NCBI GenBank assembly: GCA_016196555.1
Contig: JACPXL010000002.1
Span: 17,865-81,864 of the forward strand
DNA from: Candidatus Omnitrophota bacterium
GTDB lineage: Bacteria; Omnitrophota; Omnitrophia; Omnitrophales; Aquincolibacteriaceae
Length of the DNA stretch: 64,000 nt
Direction: 5' to 3'
A model generated the notes under the pieces. It was not told the DNA's origin. It did no database searches and saw only the letters and a program-made list of their open reading frames with translations. Below, one piece after another: positions 1-7,913 of this stretch. The position numbers and the translations under genes are program-made. Position 1 is the stretch's first letter. Every line of letters starts with the position of its first letter.

Positions 1-1
1 T

Positions 2-613
2 TTTCGCGATCAATTCGATTTTGGGATTTATCCTCAAGCAGGCGAGGTTTCAATCCGGCTTTATGCGGATAAGAAATTAATTTTGCACCGTCTTGAAAGC
101 ATTATTCGAAAAGGGCTGAGCTCATGGCTGTATGCGTTGGAGGACATTTCGTTATCGGAGTGTGTCGGAAGAATTCTAAAGAAACGGCGCCAAACGCTGG
201 CTGTCGCTGAAAGCTGTACCGGCGGATTTTTATCCGCGGAGATCACAAAAAATCCGGGAGCGAGCGATTATTTTGTCGGCGCTCTTACCGCTTATCAAAA
301 CCGCATCAAAGAAAAACATCTCGGTGTCTCTAAAATTGTGATTAAAAAGAAGGGGGCTGTTTCAGCGCAAACTGCGCGAGAAATGGCTTGTGGCGTCCGG
401 ACTCAAATGAATTCAACGTATGGAATTGGAATTACAGGAATAGCTGGGCCAGGTGGAGGGACTCGCACAAAATCCGTCGGACTTGTTTATATTGCCATTG
501 CCACGCCGAAGCGCTCCTTTGTGTCGGGACATCAATTTTGGGGCGATCGCCAGCAAGTCCAAATTAAAGCCGTGAAAAAGGCGCTTGAGTTTTTATGGCG
601 TGAAATTCACTAA
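2..613 (+). CDS. cinA: CinA-family protein, C-terminal PncC-like nicotinamide-nucleotide amidohydrolase domain; 5' end cut by the window edge
   Basis: The frame is open from base 2 (FRDQFDFGIYPQAGEVSIRLYADKK...), so the TTG at 83 in the ORF track is probably internal. LAVAESCTGGFLSAEIT and GITGIAGPGGG are typical of the CinA/PncC C-terminal domain. Confidence 0.85.
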   Translation, partial: FRDQFDFGIYPQAGEVSIRLYADKKLILHRLESIIRKGLSSWLYALEDISLSECVGRILKKRRQTLAVAESCTGGFLSAEITKNPGASDYFVGALTAYQNRIKEKHLGVSKIVIKKKGAVSAQTAREMACGVRTQMNSTYGIGITGIAGPGGGTRTKSVGLVYIAIATPKRSFVSGHQFWGDRQQVQIKAVKKALEFLWREIH

Positions 614-1183
614 ATGAGCCGTTCGGCCCGCCGAATCTTTCTTGCATTGCCGCTCGCCGATGTTTTTTTTCAGGAAATATCCGATTTTCTCGATGAAATA
701 AAAAGTAAAATGGAAGGTGTGAGCTGGGTGCGGCCGGAAAATGTCCATGTCACCCTGCATTTTTTCGGTTCGATGACGGATGAGAAAATAGAAAAAATTA
801 GTCCTGCGGTTCGTCTCCACGCTGCAAATTTTTCTTCACTCGCCTTATCACTTCATGGAATCGGATGTTTTCCCAATCAGCATAAGCCCCATGTCATTTG
901 GCTGGGAATGTCCGGCGATGTGGGTTTGCTGGAAAATCTGCATTCCGCGATAACGCAGGACCTTGAGAAGTTAGGATTTCCCATCGAGAAACGCCCGTTC
1001 CAGGCTCATGCGACTTTAGGACGTCCAAAAGTTTTTCATCCCACTCAAGAACGAGCCCTTTCTGTTTTAAAAGGACCGGAAACTCCGCCTCGAAAAATTT
1101 CTCATCTTGTTCTTTATGAAAGCCATCTTAGTCCGCAAGGATCTCGATATGAAGCCATCGAAAAGTTTGAATTATCCGGCTAA
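614..1183 (+). CDS. thpR: RNA 2',3'-cyclic phosphodiesterase (2H phosphoesterase, LigT/ThpR)
   Basis: Two H-x-T-x motifs (HVTLHF and HATLGR) at the spacing typical of 2H phosphoesterases. The ATG follows the cinA stop directly. Confidence 0.8.
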   Translation: MSRSARRIFLALPLADVFFQEISDFLDEIKSKMEGVSWVRPENVHVTLHFFGSMTDEKIEKISPAVRLHAANFSSLALSLHGIGCFPNQHKPHVIWLGMSGDVGLLENLHSAITQDLEKLGFPIEKRPFQAHATLGRPKVFHPTQERALSVLKGPETPPRKISHLVLYESHLSPQGSRYEAIEKFELSG

Positions 1184-1832
1184 AAGATATCTTAAATCAA
1201 AAGACCTTTTGGCGGTTTATAAAACACTCCGTAAAAGTTTCGGGCATCAAAAGTGGTGGCCGGCGCGTACTCCCTTTGAAATGATGGTCGGGGCAATTCT
1301 GACGCAAAACACTGCGTGGATTAATGTTGAAAAAGCGATAGAGAATTTGAGGAGTGCGAATGCGCTGTCTTTTGCGGCGATACGGCGGATTTCAGAACGC
1401 CGTCTCGCTGCGCTTATTCGCCCGGCCGGATATTTTAATATTAAAGCGAATCGGTTGAAGCATCTCGCTGCCTTTTTGCAGAAAGAATTCCAGGGAAATT
1501 TTAAGGCTATGTTTCGCATGAACGGTAAGAAATTGCGGGAACGTTTACTTCAAGTGAAGGGGATTGGCCCGGAAACTGCAGACTCTATATTGCTTTACGG
1601 CGCAAAAAAATATTTTTTTGTGATTGATGCTTACACAAAAAGAATTTTTACCCGCCATCGTTTGATTCGAGGAAAACATAGTTATGATGTCTGGCAGAAG
1701 CTGTTTAACAATGCTTTGCCCCGAAAGTTGGATTTATTTAATGATTTTCACGCCCAAATTGTGGCCGTCGGTAAGCATTTTTGCCGCTCTACGCCGCAGT
1801 GCGAGTCTTGTCCGCTCAAAATCTACTTATAG
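1149..1832 (+). CDS. Endonuclease III-related HhH-GPD family protein with a C-terminal Fe-S cluster loop
   Basis: GAILTQNTAW, a helix-hairpin-helix LLQVKGIGPETADSILLY, and CRSTPQCESCPL cysteines. I chose the start at internal ATG 1149 (MKPSKS) to limit overlap with thpR; the start is uncertain. Confidence 0.75.
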   Translation: MKPSKSLNYPAKRYLKSKDLLAVYKTLRKSFGHQKWWPARTPFEMMVGAILTQNTAWINVEKAIENLRSANALSFAAIRRISERRLAALIRPAGYFNIKANRLKHLAAFLQKEFQGNFKAMFRMNGKKLRERLLQVKGIGPETADSILLYGAKKYFFVIDAYTKRIFTRHRLIRGKHSYDVWQKLFNNALPRKLDLFNDFHAQIVAVGKHFCRSTPQCESCPLKIYL

Positions 1833-1905
1833 ATCAATTTAGATCAAAAACTAGCATTAGATAGTATCATAGCTAAAATAAGCTTAAAAGATATCTTGTC
1901 CTCGT

Positions 1906-1934
1906 TTGAAAAACCCTCTCTACACGTCTATACT
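1906..1934 (+). promoter_or_regulatory. Sigma70-type promoter of the pilus operon: TTGAAA-N17-TATACT, with the -10 ending 10 nt before ATG 1945
   Basis: TTGAAA at 1906-1911, a 17-nt spacer, TATACT at 1929-1934. There is no purine-rich SD between the -10 and the ATG. Confidence 0.55.
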
Positions 1935-1944
1935 TTGTATAGCT

Positions 1945-2412
1945 ATGAGAGAAAGATCCAAAAAACTCCTAGGAGAAGTGCTTATTGAAGATGGCATTCT
2001 ATCGCGAGAACACCTTCAAGAGGCCCTGGATTATCAAAAAGTCCATGGGGGCTTAATCGGACAAATCCTCATCGCTCACGGCTATATACGCGAAGAAAAC
2101 CTTGTGGCTGCCTTGGGGAGGCAGCTCAATATTCCCTATCTGCCCATTGCCCAATATTCCATCAATCCTGAAAGTGCTGCGCTGATGGACCCTAACTTTT
2201 GCCGTAAAAATCTGCTCTATCTTTTTGATCATGATGAGCGGCATGTTTTTGTCGCCATGGCAGACCCTTTAAATAATTTTGCGGTGGAAGAAGTCGAAAA
2301 TCAGCTGAAGCGAAAAGCCCAGGTGTTTTTGTCCACTCAGACAGAAATTTTTACAGTCCTGGATAGTCACGCGGCCCAAACTTATAAAAATGAGATAAAA
2401 AAAGCAGGATAA
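1945..2412 (+). CDS. Stand-alone T2SSE_N / MshEN-like domain protein (no ATPase domain)
   Basis: LLGEVLIEDGILSREHLQEALDYQ-KVHGG-LIGQILIAHGYIREENLVAALGRQ, followed by LNIPYLPI...FVAMADPLN, typical of GspE/PilB N-terminal domains. I moved the start to ATG 1945 because the track TTG at 1906 coincides with the -35 box. Confidence 0.8.
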   Translation: MRERSKKLLGEVLIEDGILSREHLQEALDYQKVHGGLIGQILIAHGYIREENLVAALGRQLNIPYLPIAQYSINPESAALMDPNFCRKNLLYLFDHDERHVFVAMADPLNNFAVEEVENQLKRKAQVFLSTQTEIFTVLDSHAAQTYKNEIKKAG

Positions 2413-2415
2413 ATT

Positions 2416-4203
2416 ATGCAACGCAACGACAGTGTGCGCGCGGATTTTTCAAGCGCATTGGCAGAAGCAAAGGTTGTCTCCAAAGAAACTTTAAAAGAGC
2501 TTGTGAAAGAATCTGCTAAAACCGGCGAATCCCTTCTGAATGTACTTTTGAGCGCCGGTCAATTCGACGAAAAAAATCTTCTCAAAGTTTTAAGCGAAAG
2601 ATACGGCTGTACTATTGTGAATCCTGCGGTTTTTATTCTCGAACCTGCCTTGTTAAATCTGATTCCTGCAAAATGCGCTGATCAATACCAAGTGCTTCCG
2701 ATTGCGCTTCATGAAAAAACGCTGACTGTAGCCTTTGCTAATCCCATGAATGTTAAAGCGGTGGATGAATTACGGGCTATCACAAACTATCACATCAAAC
2801 CGGTAGTTGCGGCTGCCAGCGCCATTAAAAAAATGATTAAGAAATATTATTTTGAAATGGACTTCAAGCAGCCGGAGCTCGATGCGCATCAAGAAATGGC
2901 GCAGTTGATCAAAATTATCCGTGACCAAAAAGAAAACGATAAAGCAAAATCCACAGCGGCGGCCGCGCTTAAAATCGCTTATGAAACGCCGGTCATTCGA
3001 TTGGTTAATTTGCTCATTCTGGAAGGTATCCGCAGAAAGGCGAGTGACATTTTCTTTGAGCCCTGGGAGCAATTTGTCAGGATTCGGGTGCGGGTAGACG
3101 GATTGTTGGAAGAGGTTGTCTGTCCTCCAAAAAACTTGGCTGAAGTAATCGTCTCACGAATAAAAATTATGAGTGAGTTAAATATTGCCGAGCACCGCAT
3201 CCCTCAGGACGGACGTTTCAAAGTCAAATATCGTGACAGAGAAGTGGATCTCCGCGTCTCGATCCTTCCTTCAAGTTTTGGCGAGAAAGTTTGTCTGCGA
3301 ATATTGGATACAAAAAATCAAGGGCATGATTTGAATCAGCTTGGATTTACACCGCAGGAATTTGGAATTATTCAAGCCAGTGCGAGCCGTCCGCATGGAA
3401 TGATTCTTGTGACGGGTCCGACGGGAAGTGGAAAGACCACGACTCTCTACTCCGTTTTGAAATATTTGGACACTCCCGAGGTGAATATTACAACGGTGGA
3501 AGACCCTATTGAGTATCAAATACCGGGAATCAATCAGGTTCAAGCAAAAGAATCAATCGGCCTCACTTTTCCCGCAGCTCTGCGGTCGATATTGCGGCAA
3601 GATCCAGATATTATTTTAATCGGTGAAATTCGTGATCGTGAAACTTTAGACATTGCCGTCAAGGCCGCACTAACCGGCCATTTAGTTTTAAGTACTCTGC
3701 ATACCAATGACGCAGCCAGTTCCGTCACTCGAATGGCCAATATGGGGTTGGAACCGTTTTTAATTACGTCCACGGTCCAGATGATATCTGCACAGCGTTT
3801 GGTGCGGCGATTATGCCAGCGGTGCCGGATCAAAGAAGTTGTCAGTGATGAAGTGTTCGAACAGCTTCATTTGCCAGACCGCAAAAGTCACACCTTTTAC
3901 ACAGCAAAGGGGTGTGCGCAATGCCGACAGACTGGTTATAAGGGGCGCAGTGTGATTACTGAAATTTTGCAAATGAAGCCCGAAATTTCCGCGCCGATTA
4001 TGCGAGGAGCTTCTGCGGATGAAATCAAAACGATTGCCAGGAAATTCGGAATGACGACGCTCCGTGAAAGTGCGATTCAAAAAGCTTTGAGCGGTGAAAC
4101 ATCCCTACAGGAAGTGTTCCGGGTTACCAGTGAAGATTCTCCGGCAGGTTCAAATCGGAAAGCGGCGGATCCAGTGGCTGAAGAAGCGGAGGAAGCTGCA
4201 TGA
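2416..4203 (+). CDS. pilB: Type IV pilus assembly / type II secretion ATPase (PilB/GspE family), paralog 1
   Basis: Walker A GPTGSGKTTT, Asp box, Walker B ILIGEIRD, His box LSTLHTND, and a tetracysteine CQRC...CAQC. It has an N-terminal T2SSE_N-type domain. Confidence 0.9.
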   Translation: MQRNDSVRADFSSALAEAKVVSKETLKELVKESAKTGESLLNVLLSAGQFDEKNLLKVLSERYGCTIVNPAVFILEPALLNLIPAKCADQYQVLPIALHEKTLTVAFANPMNVKAVDELRAITNYHIKPVVAAASAIKKMIKKYYFEMDFKQPELDAHQEMAQLIKIIRDQKENDKAKSTAAAALKIAYETPVIRLVNLLILEGIRRKASDIFFEPWEQFVRIRVRVDGLLEEVVCPPKNLAEVIVSRIKIMSELNIAEHRIPQDGRFKVKYRDREVDLRVSILPSSFGEKVCLRILDTKNQGHDLNQLGFTPQEFGIIQASASRPHGMILVTGPTGSGKTTTLYSVLKYLDTPEVNITTVEDPIEYQIPGINQVQAKESIGLTFPAALRSILRQDPDIILIGEIRDRETLDIAVKAALTGHLVLSTLHTNDAASSVTRMANMGLEPFLITSTVQMISAQRLVRRLCQRCRIKEVVSDEVFEQLHLPDRKSHTFYTAKGCAQCRQTGYKGRSVITEILQMKPEISAPIMRGASADEIKTIARKFGMTTLRESAIQKALSGETSLQEVFRVTSEDSPAGSNRKAADPVAEEAEEAA

Positions 4204-5924
4204 TCAGCGGGATCTCAAAAGATAAGTTGGCGGAATTGCTGACGGGGGAGTACAAGATTTCGAGTAAACAAATCGAAGAACTTTCTGCGGAGAGCCGGCA
4301 GCAGAAAAAGCTGATTTTCCATTTATTGATCGAGAAAAAGATTTTATCCGAAGAAGACGTCATTGATTTTTTAAGCCGCCATCTAAAAATTCCTACTCTA
4401 AATTTGAGTGCTTGCAAAGTCACGAATGAAGTAATTAAAATCGTTCCCAAAAAAATCGCTGAACGGTACGAGGTTTTTCCGATTTCCCGGATTAATAACT
4501 TTTTGACGGTTGCGACGAGTAATCCTTTTGAGGTGATGGGCCGAGACGATCTCAAAGGTCTTACCCAATGTGATATTTGTCTTGTTCTTGTCCCGCCCCG
4601 TGCCATTCATACGGCAATCGAAAATTACTATGGTGAATCCAATGCGTTGGGAGAAATGCTCGAAGGCATGGATGAAAGCAGTGTAGAAATTATTCCTCTT
4701 AAAAGCTCGGCCCCGGCGGAAAGCGGGGAATTGAATTTAGCGAATAAGGAAAAAGCTGAAGATGCTCCTGTGGTCCGTATGGTGGACCTCATTCTCAATG
4801 AGGGTTTGAAATTGCGGGCGTCTGATATTCACATGGAACCCTATGAAAAGAATTTTCGTGTCCGTTACCGTATTGATGGAGTGTTGAAAGAATCTTTTTC
4901 CCATCCGGGCGAACTTTATCCGGGGCTCGTCGCGAGACTGAAAATCATATCGCGGCTTGATATGACGCAAAAGAGATTGCCTCAAGACGGACGATTTAGG
5001 GTGAAGATCCACGACCGGGAAATCGATTTCCGAATCTCCATTCTTCCCACCAATTACGGGGAGAAAGTTGTGATGCGTGTTTTGGACCGAAGCGGCGTTC
5101 GGGCCGGTCTTGAAAAACTTGGATTCAGTGGAAATACGACCGTGGCTTTTTCAAAGGCCATCAAGCAGCCTTATGGAATGATTCTCGTTACGGGGCCAAC
5201 CGGAAGCGGCAAATCGACTACGCTCTATTCGATTTTAAACTCGCTCAATCTGCCGGAACGTAATCTGATGACAGTCGAAGATCCTGTGGAATATCAACTC
5301 AGCGGAATTACGCAAACTCAAGTGAATCTTGATGTTGGGCTGACATTTGCCGCGGGGCTGCGCTCTCTCTTACGGCAGAGTCCGGACATTATTCTCGTGG
5401 GAGAAATTCGCGATAGCGAAACCGCCGATATTGCCGTTAAAGCCGCTCTCACTGGCCATTTGGTTTTTAGCACACTTCATACCAATAGTGCTGCCGGTGC
5501 TATGACGCGGCTAGTCGATATGGGAGTTGAACCATTTCTTATTTCTTCTTCGGTGATCTGTGTAGCGGCCCAGCGCCTTCTTCGTCGTATTTGTGAAGTC
5601 TGCAAAGCACCTGTAGAAGTTTCGCATGATTTGCTAAAACATTGCAAAATGAAACCTTCTGAGATTGCCAGTCTAAAAAGCTTTGCCGGAAAAGGCTGCA
5701 CCAAATGTAACAAGACGGGTTATTACGGCAGGCAGGCCGCTATTGAGATTTTAACCGTAACTCCTGCGATCCGAGAAATGATTGTTCAACAGAGATCGAG
5801 TACCGAAATTCATCGATTAGCGGTTGAAGAAGGAATGCAGACCCTTTTTGAAAATGCTTTAGAAATTTTTAAACGCGGACATACAACCCTCGCGGAAGTG
5901 CTGCGCATTGCGGCGCCGGATTAA
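4200..5924 (+). CDS. Type IV pilus assembly / type II secretion ATPase (PilB/GspE family), paralog 2
   Basis: GPTGSGKSTT, ILVGEIRD, FSTLHTNS, CEVC...CTKC. ATGA start/stop overlap with paralog 1 at 4200-4203. Confidence 0.9.
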   Translation: MISGISKDKLAELLTGEYKISSKQIEELSAESRQQKKLIFHLLIEKKILSEEDVIDFLSRHLKIPTLNLSACKVTNEVIKIVPKKIAERYEVFPISRINNFLTVATSNPFEVMGRDDLKGLTQCDICLVLVPPRAIHTAIENYYGESNALGEMLEGMDESSVEIIPLKSSAPAESGELNLANKEKAEDAPVVRMVDLILNEGLKLRASDIHMEPYEKNFRVRYRIDGVLKESFSHPGELYPGLVARLKIISRLDMTQKRLPQDGRFRVKIHDREIDFRISILPTNYGEKVVMRVLDRSGVRAGLEKLGFSGNTTVAFSKAIKQPYGMILVTGPTGSGKSTTLYSILNSLNLPERNLMTVEDPVEYQLSGITQTQVNLDVGLTFAAGLRSLLRQSPDIILVGEIRDSETADIAVKAALTGHLVFSTLHTNSAAGAMTRLVDMGVEPFLISSSVICVAAQRLLRRICEVCKAPVEVSHDLLKHCKMKPSEIASLKSFAGKGCTKCNKTGYYGRQAAIEILTVTPAIREMIVQQRSSTEIHRLAVEEGMQTLFENALEIFKRGHTTLAEVLRIAAPD

Positions 5925-5928
5925 CCTT

Positions 5929-7158
5929 ATGCCGACATTTGAATATTACGTAAAAGACCAAGCCGGAAAGGATCAGACAGGCATCCAAGAAGCGATGGAT
6001 ATTCCTACGCTTGTTTCCATTCTGCGGTCTCAGGGGCTTGTGATCATCCGTATTAATGAGGTCAAAAACCGAAAGGTTTTCAGCCTGCAAAAAGGCCCTA
6101 AGTCTAAAGGCGGTAAAAGCGGGAAAGTCAAACTGGATGATCTTGTTATCTTTTCTCGTCAAATGGCCACGCTCGTGGGTGCTGGGATTCCGCTTGTCCA
6201 GTCGCTCGATATTTTGGCAGAACAAGTGGAAAAAGAAAAATTTAAAACGATTTTGCGCGGTATGCACCAAGAAGTGCAGGGAGGCAAGAGTTTTTCCGAG
6301 GCGATGTCGAAGCATCAAAAGGTCTTTTCCACGCTTTTTATTTATATGGTCCGCGCTGGAGAACAGAGCGGAAATTTAGAAGAAATTTTGGACCGAGTTG
6401 CCAATTATTTGGAAAAATCGAGCGCACTGCAAAAGAAAGTCAAAGCCGCATTGATGTATCCAGCTTCCGTGACATTGATTGCGTTTTCAATCACATTTGC
6501 GATGCTGACATTTGTGATTCCAAAATTTGCGACTATTTTTCAAGGCCTCAATGTTGCCCTGCCGCGTCCTACGCAAATTTTGATCGATGTCAGTAATTTT
6601 CTCGCGGCGAATTGGATTTTAGTTCTTGCGATCATTGGCGGCAGCGCTGTCGGGATTGTTCAGGCAGTCAAATTACCCGGAGTGCGTTTGGCGTGGGACA
6701 GCCTTAAATTACGAATCCTCATTTTTGGGCCTCTTCTTCTCAAGGTAGCGATTAGTAAGTTTTCCCGAACCCTTGCAACACTTGTTCGAAGCGGAGTTCC
6801 TATTTTGTCATCTCTTGAGATTGTCTCCAAAACGGCCGGAAATATGCAAATTGAGAAAATGATCATCTCATTAATGGAAGCTGTAAGAAAAGGGGAAAGC
6901 CTTGCGGGTCCGCTGGGGAAAAGCGGTGTTTTCCCTTCCATGGTTGTACGCATGATTGCCATTGGGGAAGAAACCGGAGAACTGGAAGAGATGCTAATCA
7001 AGATTGCCGATTTTTACGATACCCAGGTCGATACGGCCGTAACCGGCTTGACCGCCTTAATAGAACCTTTAATTATTTTATTTTTAGGGGTCGTTATAGG
7101 GGGAGTCGTTATCGCGCTGTTTTTACCGATTTTGACCTTGGCTCAACACCTGAAGTAG
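5929..7158 (+). CDS. pilC: Type IV pilus / T2SS inner-membrane platform protein (PilC/GspF family)
   Basis: Two GspF-type repeats (FSRQMATLVGAGIPLVQSL and FSRTLATLVRSGVPILSSL) and C-terminal hydrophobic helices. I chose the start at ATG 5929 (MPTFEYY), just after the upstream stop. Confidence 0.9.
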   Translation: MPTFEYYVKDQAGKDQTGIQEAMDIPTLVSILRSQGLVIIRINEVKNRKVFSLQKGPKSKGGKSGKVKLDDLVIFSRQMATLVGAGIPLVQSLDILAEQVEKEKFKTILRGMHQEVQGGKSFSEAMSKHQKVFSTLFIYMVRAGEQSGNLEEILDRVANYLEKSSALQKKVKAALMYPASVTLIAFSITFAMLTFVIPKFATIFQGLNVALPRPTQILIDVSNFLAANWILVLAIIGGSAVGIVQAVKLPGVRLAWDSLKLRILIFGPLLLKVAISKFSRTLATLVRSGVPILSSLEIVSKTAGNMQIEKMIISLMEAVRKGESLAGPLGKSGVFPSMVVRMIAIGEETGELEEMLIKIADFYDTQVDTAVTGLTALIEPLIILFLGVVIGGVVIALFLPILTLAQHLK

Positions 7159-7248
7159 TCCATTTTTCCTGGTAATACAATCTTCTTAAAACCCTGTAAG
7201 AACTGTTCGAATAATGAGGAATAAAATGAATTTTAGTTTTGTCAGGAT

Positions 7249-7277
7249 TTGCCGTTATGTAACTTTAAGGCTATACT
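7249..7277 (+). promoter_or_regulatory. Candidate sigma70 promoter for the pilin gene: TTGCCG-N17-TATACT
   Basis: TTGCCG at 7249-7254 and TATACT at 7272-7277. A GGAGG SD sits about 9 nt before ATG 7319. Confidence 0.4.
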
Positions 7278-7318
7278 TCTTTGTAGGGTACGATGGAATT
7301 CAAAACGGAGGTGCGTCA

Positions 7319-7807
7319 ATGTTTATCAAGTTAAATCAAAAAGGTTTTACCCTGGTAGAAATCATGATTGTGGTTGCGATTATCGGGTTGCTCGCTGCGA
7401 TTGCAATTCCCAATCTGCTTCGTGCCAGAATGAACTCCAATGAAGGTGCGATGAAGTATGATCTGAGAACGTTTAGTTCGGCGAATGAGAGCTTCCGCAG
7501 CGCTCAAAATCCCCCGCAATATGCTGCAACGATTGCTGGTCTTGTGACACCGGCGGCGGGGCCTGCGTATCTTGATGCATCGTGGAACACCCCACCTAAG
7601 CATGGATTTGCTTTGGCTTATGCAGGTGGCGGCGCAGGAACACCAGATACCTTTTCACTGCTTTCCACGCCTCAAACGGCGAACCAGACAGCAGTGAACA
7701 CCTATTGTGTTGATCAGACGGGTGTTGTGGTCGGTTCAGTCAATGGAACCGGTGCTCCGGCTGGTGGCGCGGGTGGGTGTACCGGAGGTACGCCGATCGG
7801 CGGTTAA
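7319..7807 (+). CDS. pilA: Type IVa (pseudo)pilin, probable major pilin
   Basis: Short leader MFIKLNQKG followed by FTLVEIMIVVAIIGLLAAIAIPNL (prepilin cleavage/methylation motif with Glu5). C-terminal Cys pair (YCVDQ...GGCTGG) and a Gly-rich tail. The start is at ATG 7319 with a GGAGG SD; the upstream track extension is rejected. Confidence 0.9.
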   Translation: MFIKLNQKGFTLVEIMIVVAIIGLLAAIAIPNLLRARMNSNEGAMKYDLRTFSSANESFRSAQNPPQYAATIAGLVTPAAGPAYLDASWNTPPKHGFALAYAGGGAGTPDTFSLLSTPQTANQTAVNTYCVDQTGVVVGSVNGTGAPAGGAGGCTGGTPIGG

Positions 7808-7835
7808 TTTTCAATTTATATTTTGTAGGTTATTA

Positions 7836-7870
7836 AAAACCCACCCTGCCTCAAGCGGGGTGGGTTTTTT
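7836..7870 (+). terminator. Rho-independent terminator after the pilin gene
   Basis: ACCCACCC (7839-7846) pairs with GGGTGGGT (7858-7865) across an 11-nt loop and is followed by TTTTTT. Confidence 0.85.
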
Positions 7871-7913
7871 ATCGATATACTGTCTAATCGATCTTAGGGG
7901 GATCTGAAAGCGA

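Noticed and set aside
1181-1193. The 13-mer TAAAAGATATCTT (containing the palindrome AAGATATCTT) occurs both here and at 1885-1897.
   Set aside because: Repeated 13-mers are expected by chance many times in 64 kb of AT-rich DNA (roughly N^2/2 pairs over 4^13). The first copy is inside coding sequence, so I do not treat the pair as a repeat family.
7214-7318. N-terminal extensions proposed by the longest-ORF track (pilin 7214, trpG 34380, hisA 38255, kinase 31315, pgk 61912, fabD 53574, pilC 5908, pilQ 10534, rng 12299, PC4-like 45326).
   Set aside because: In each case an internal ATG gives the canonical family N-terminus and removes a long overlap with the upstream gene. In most cases it is also preceded by an SD or sits at a 4-20-nt coupling overlap. 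The extensions have no family-like sequence.
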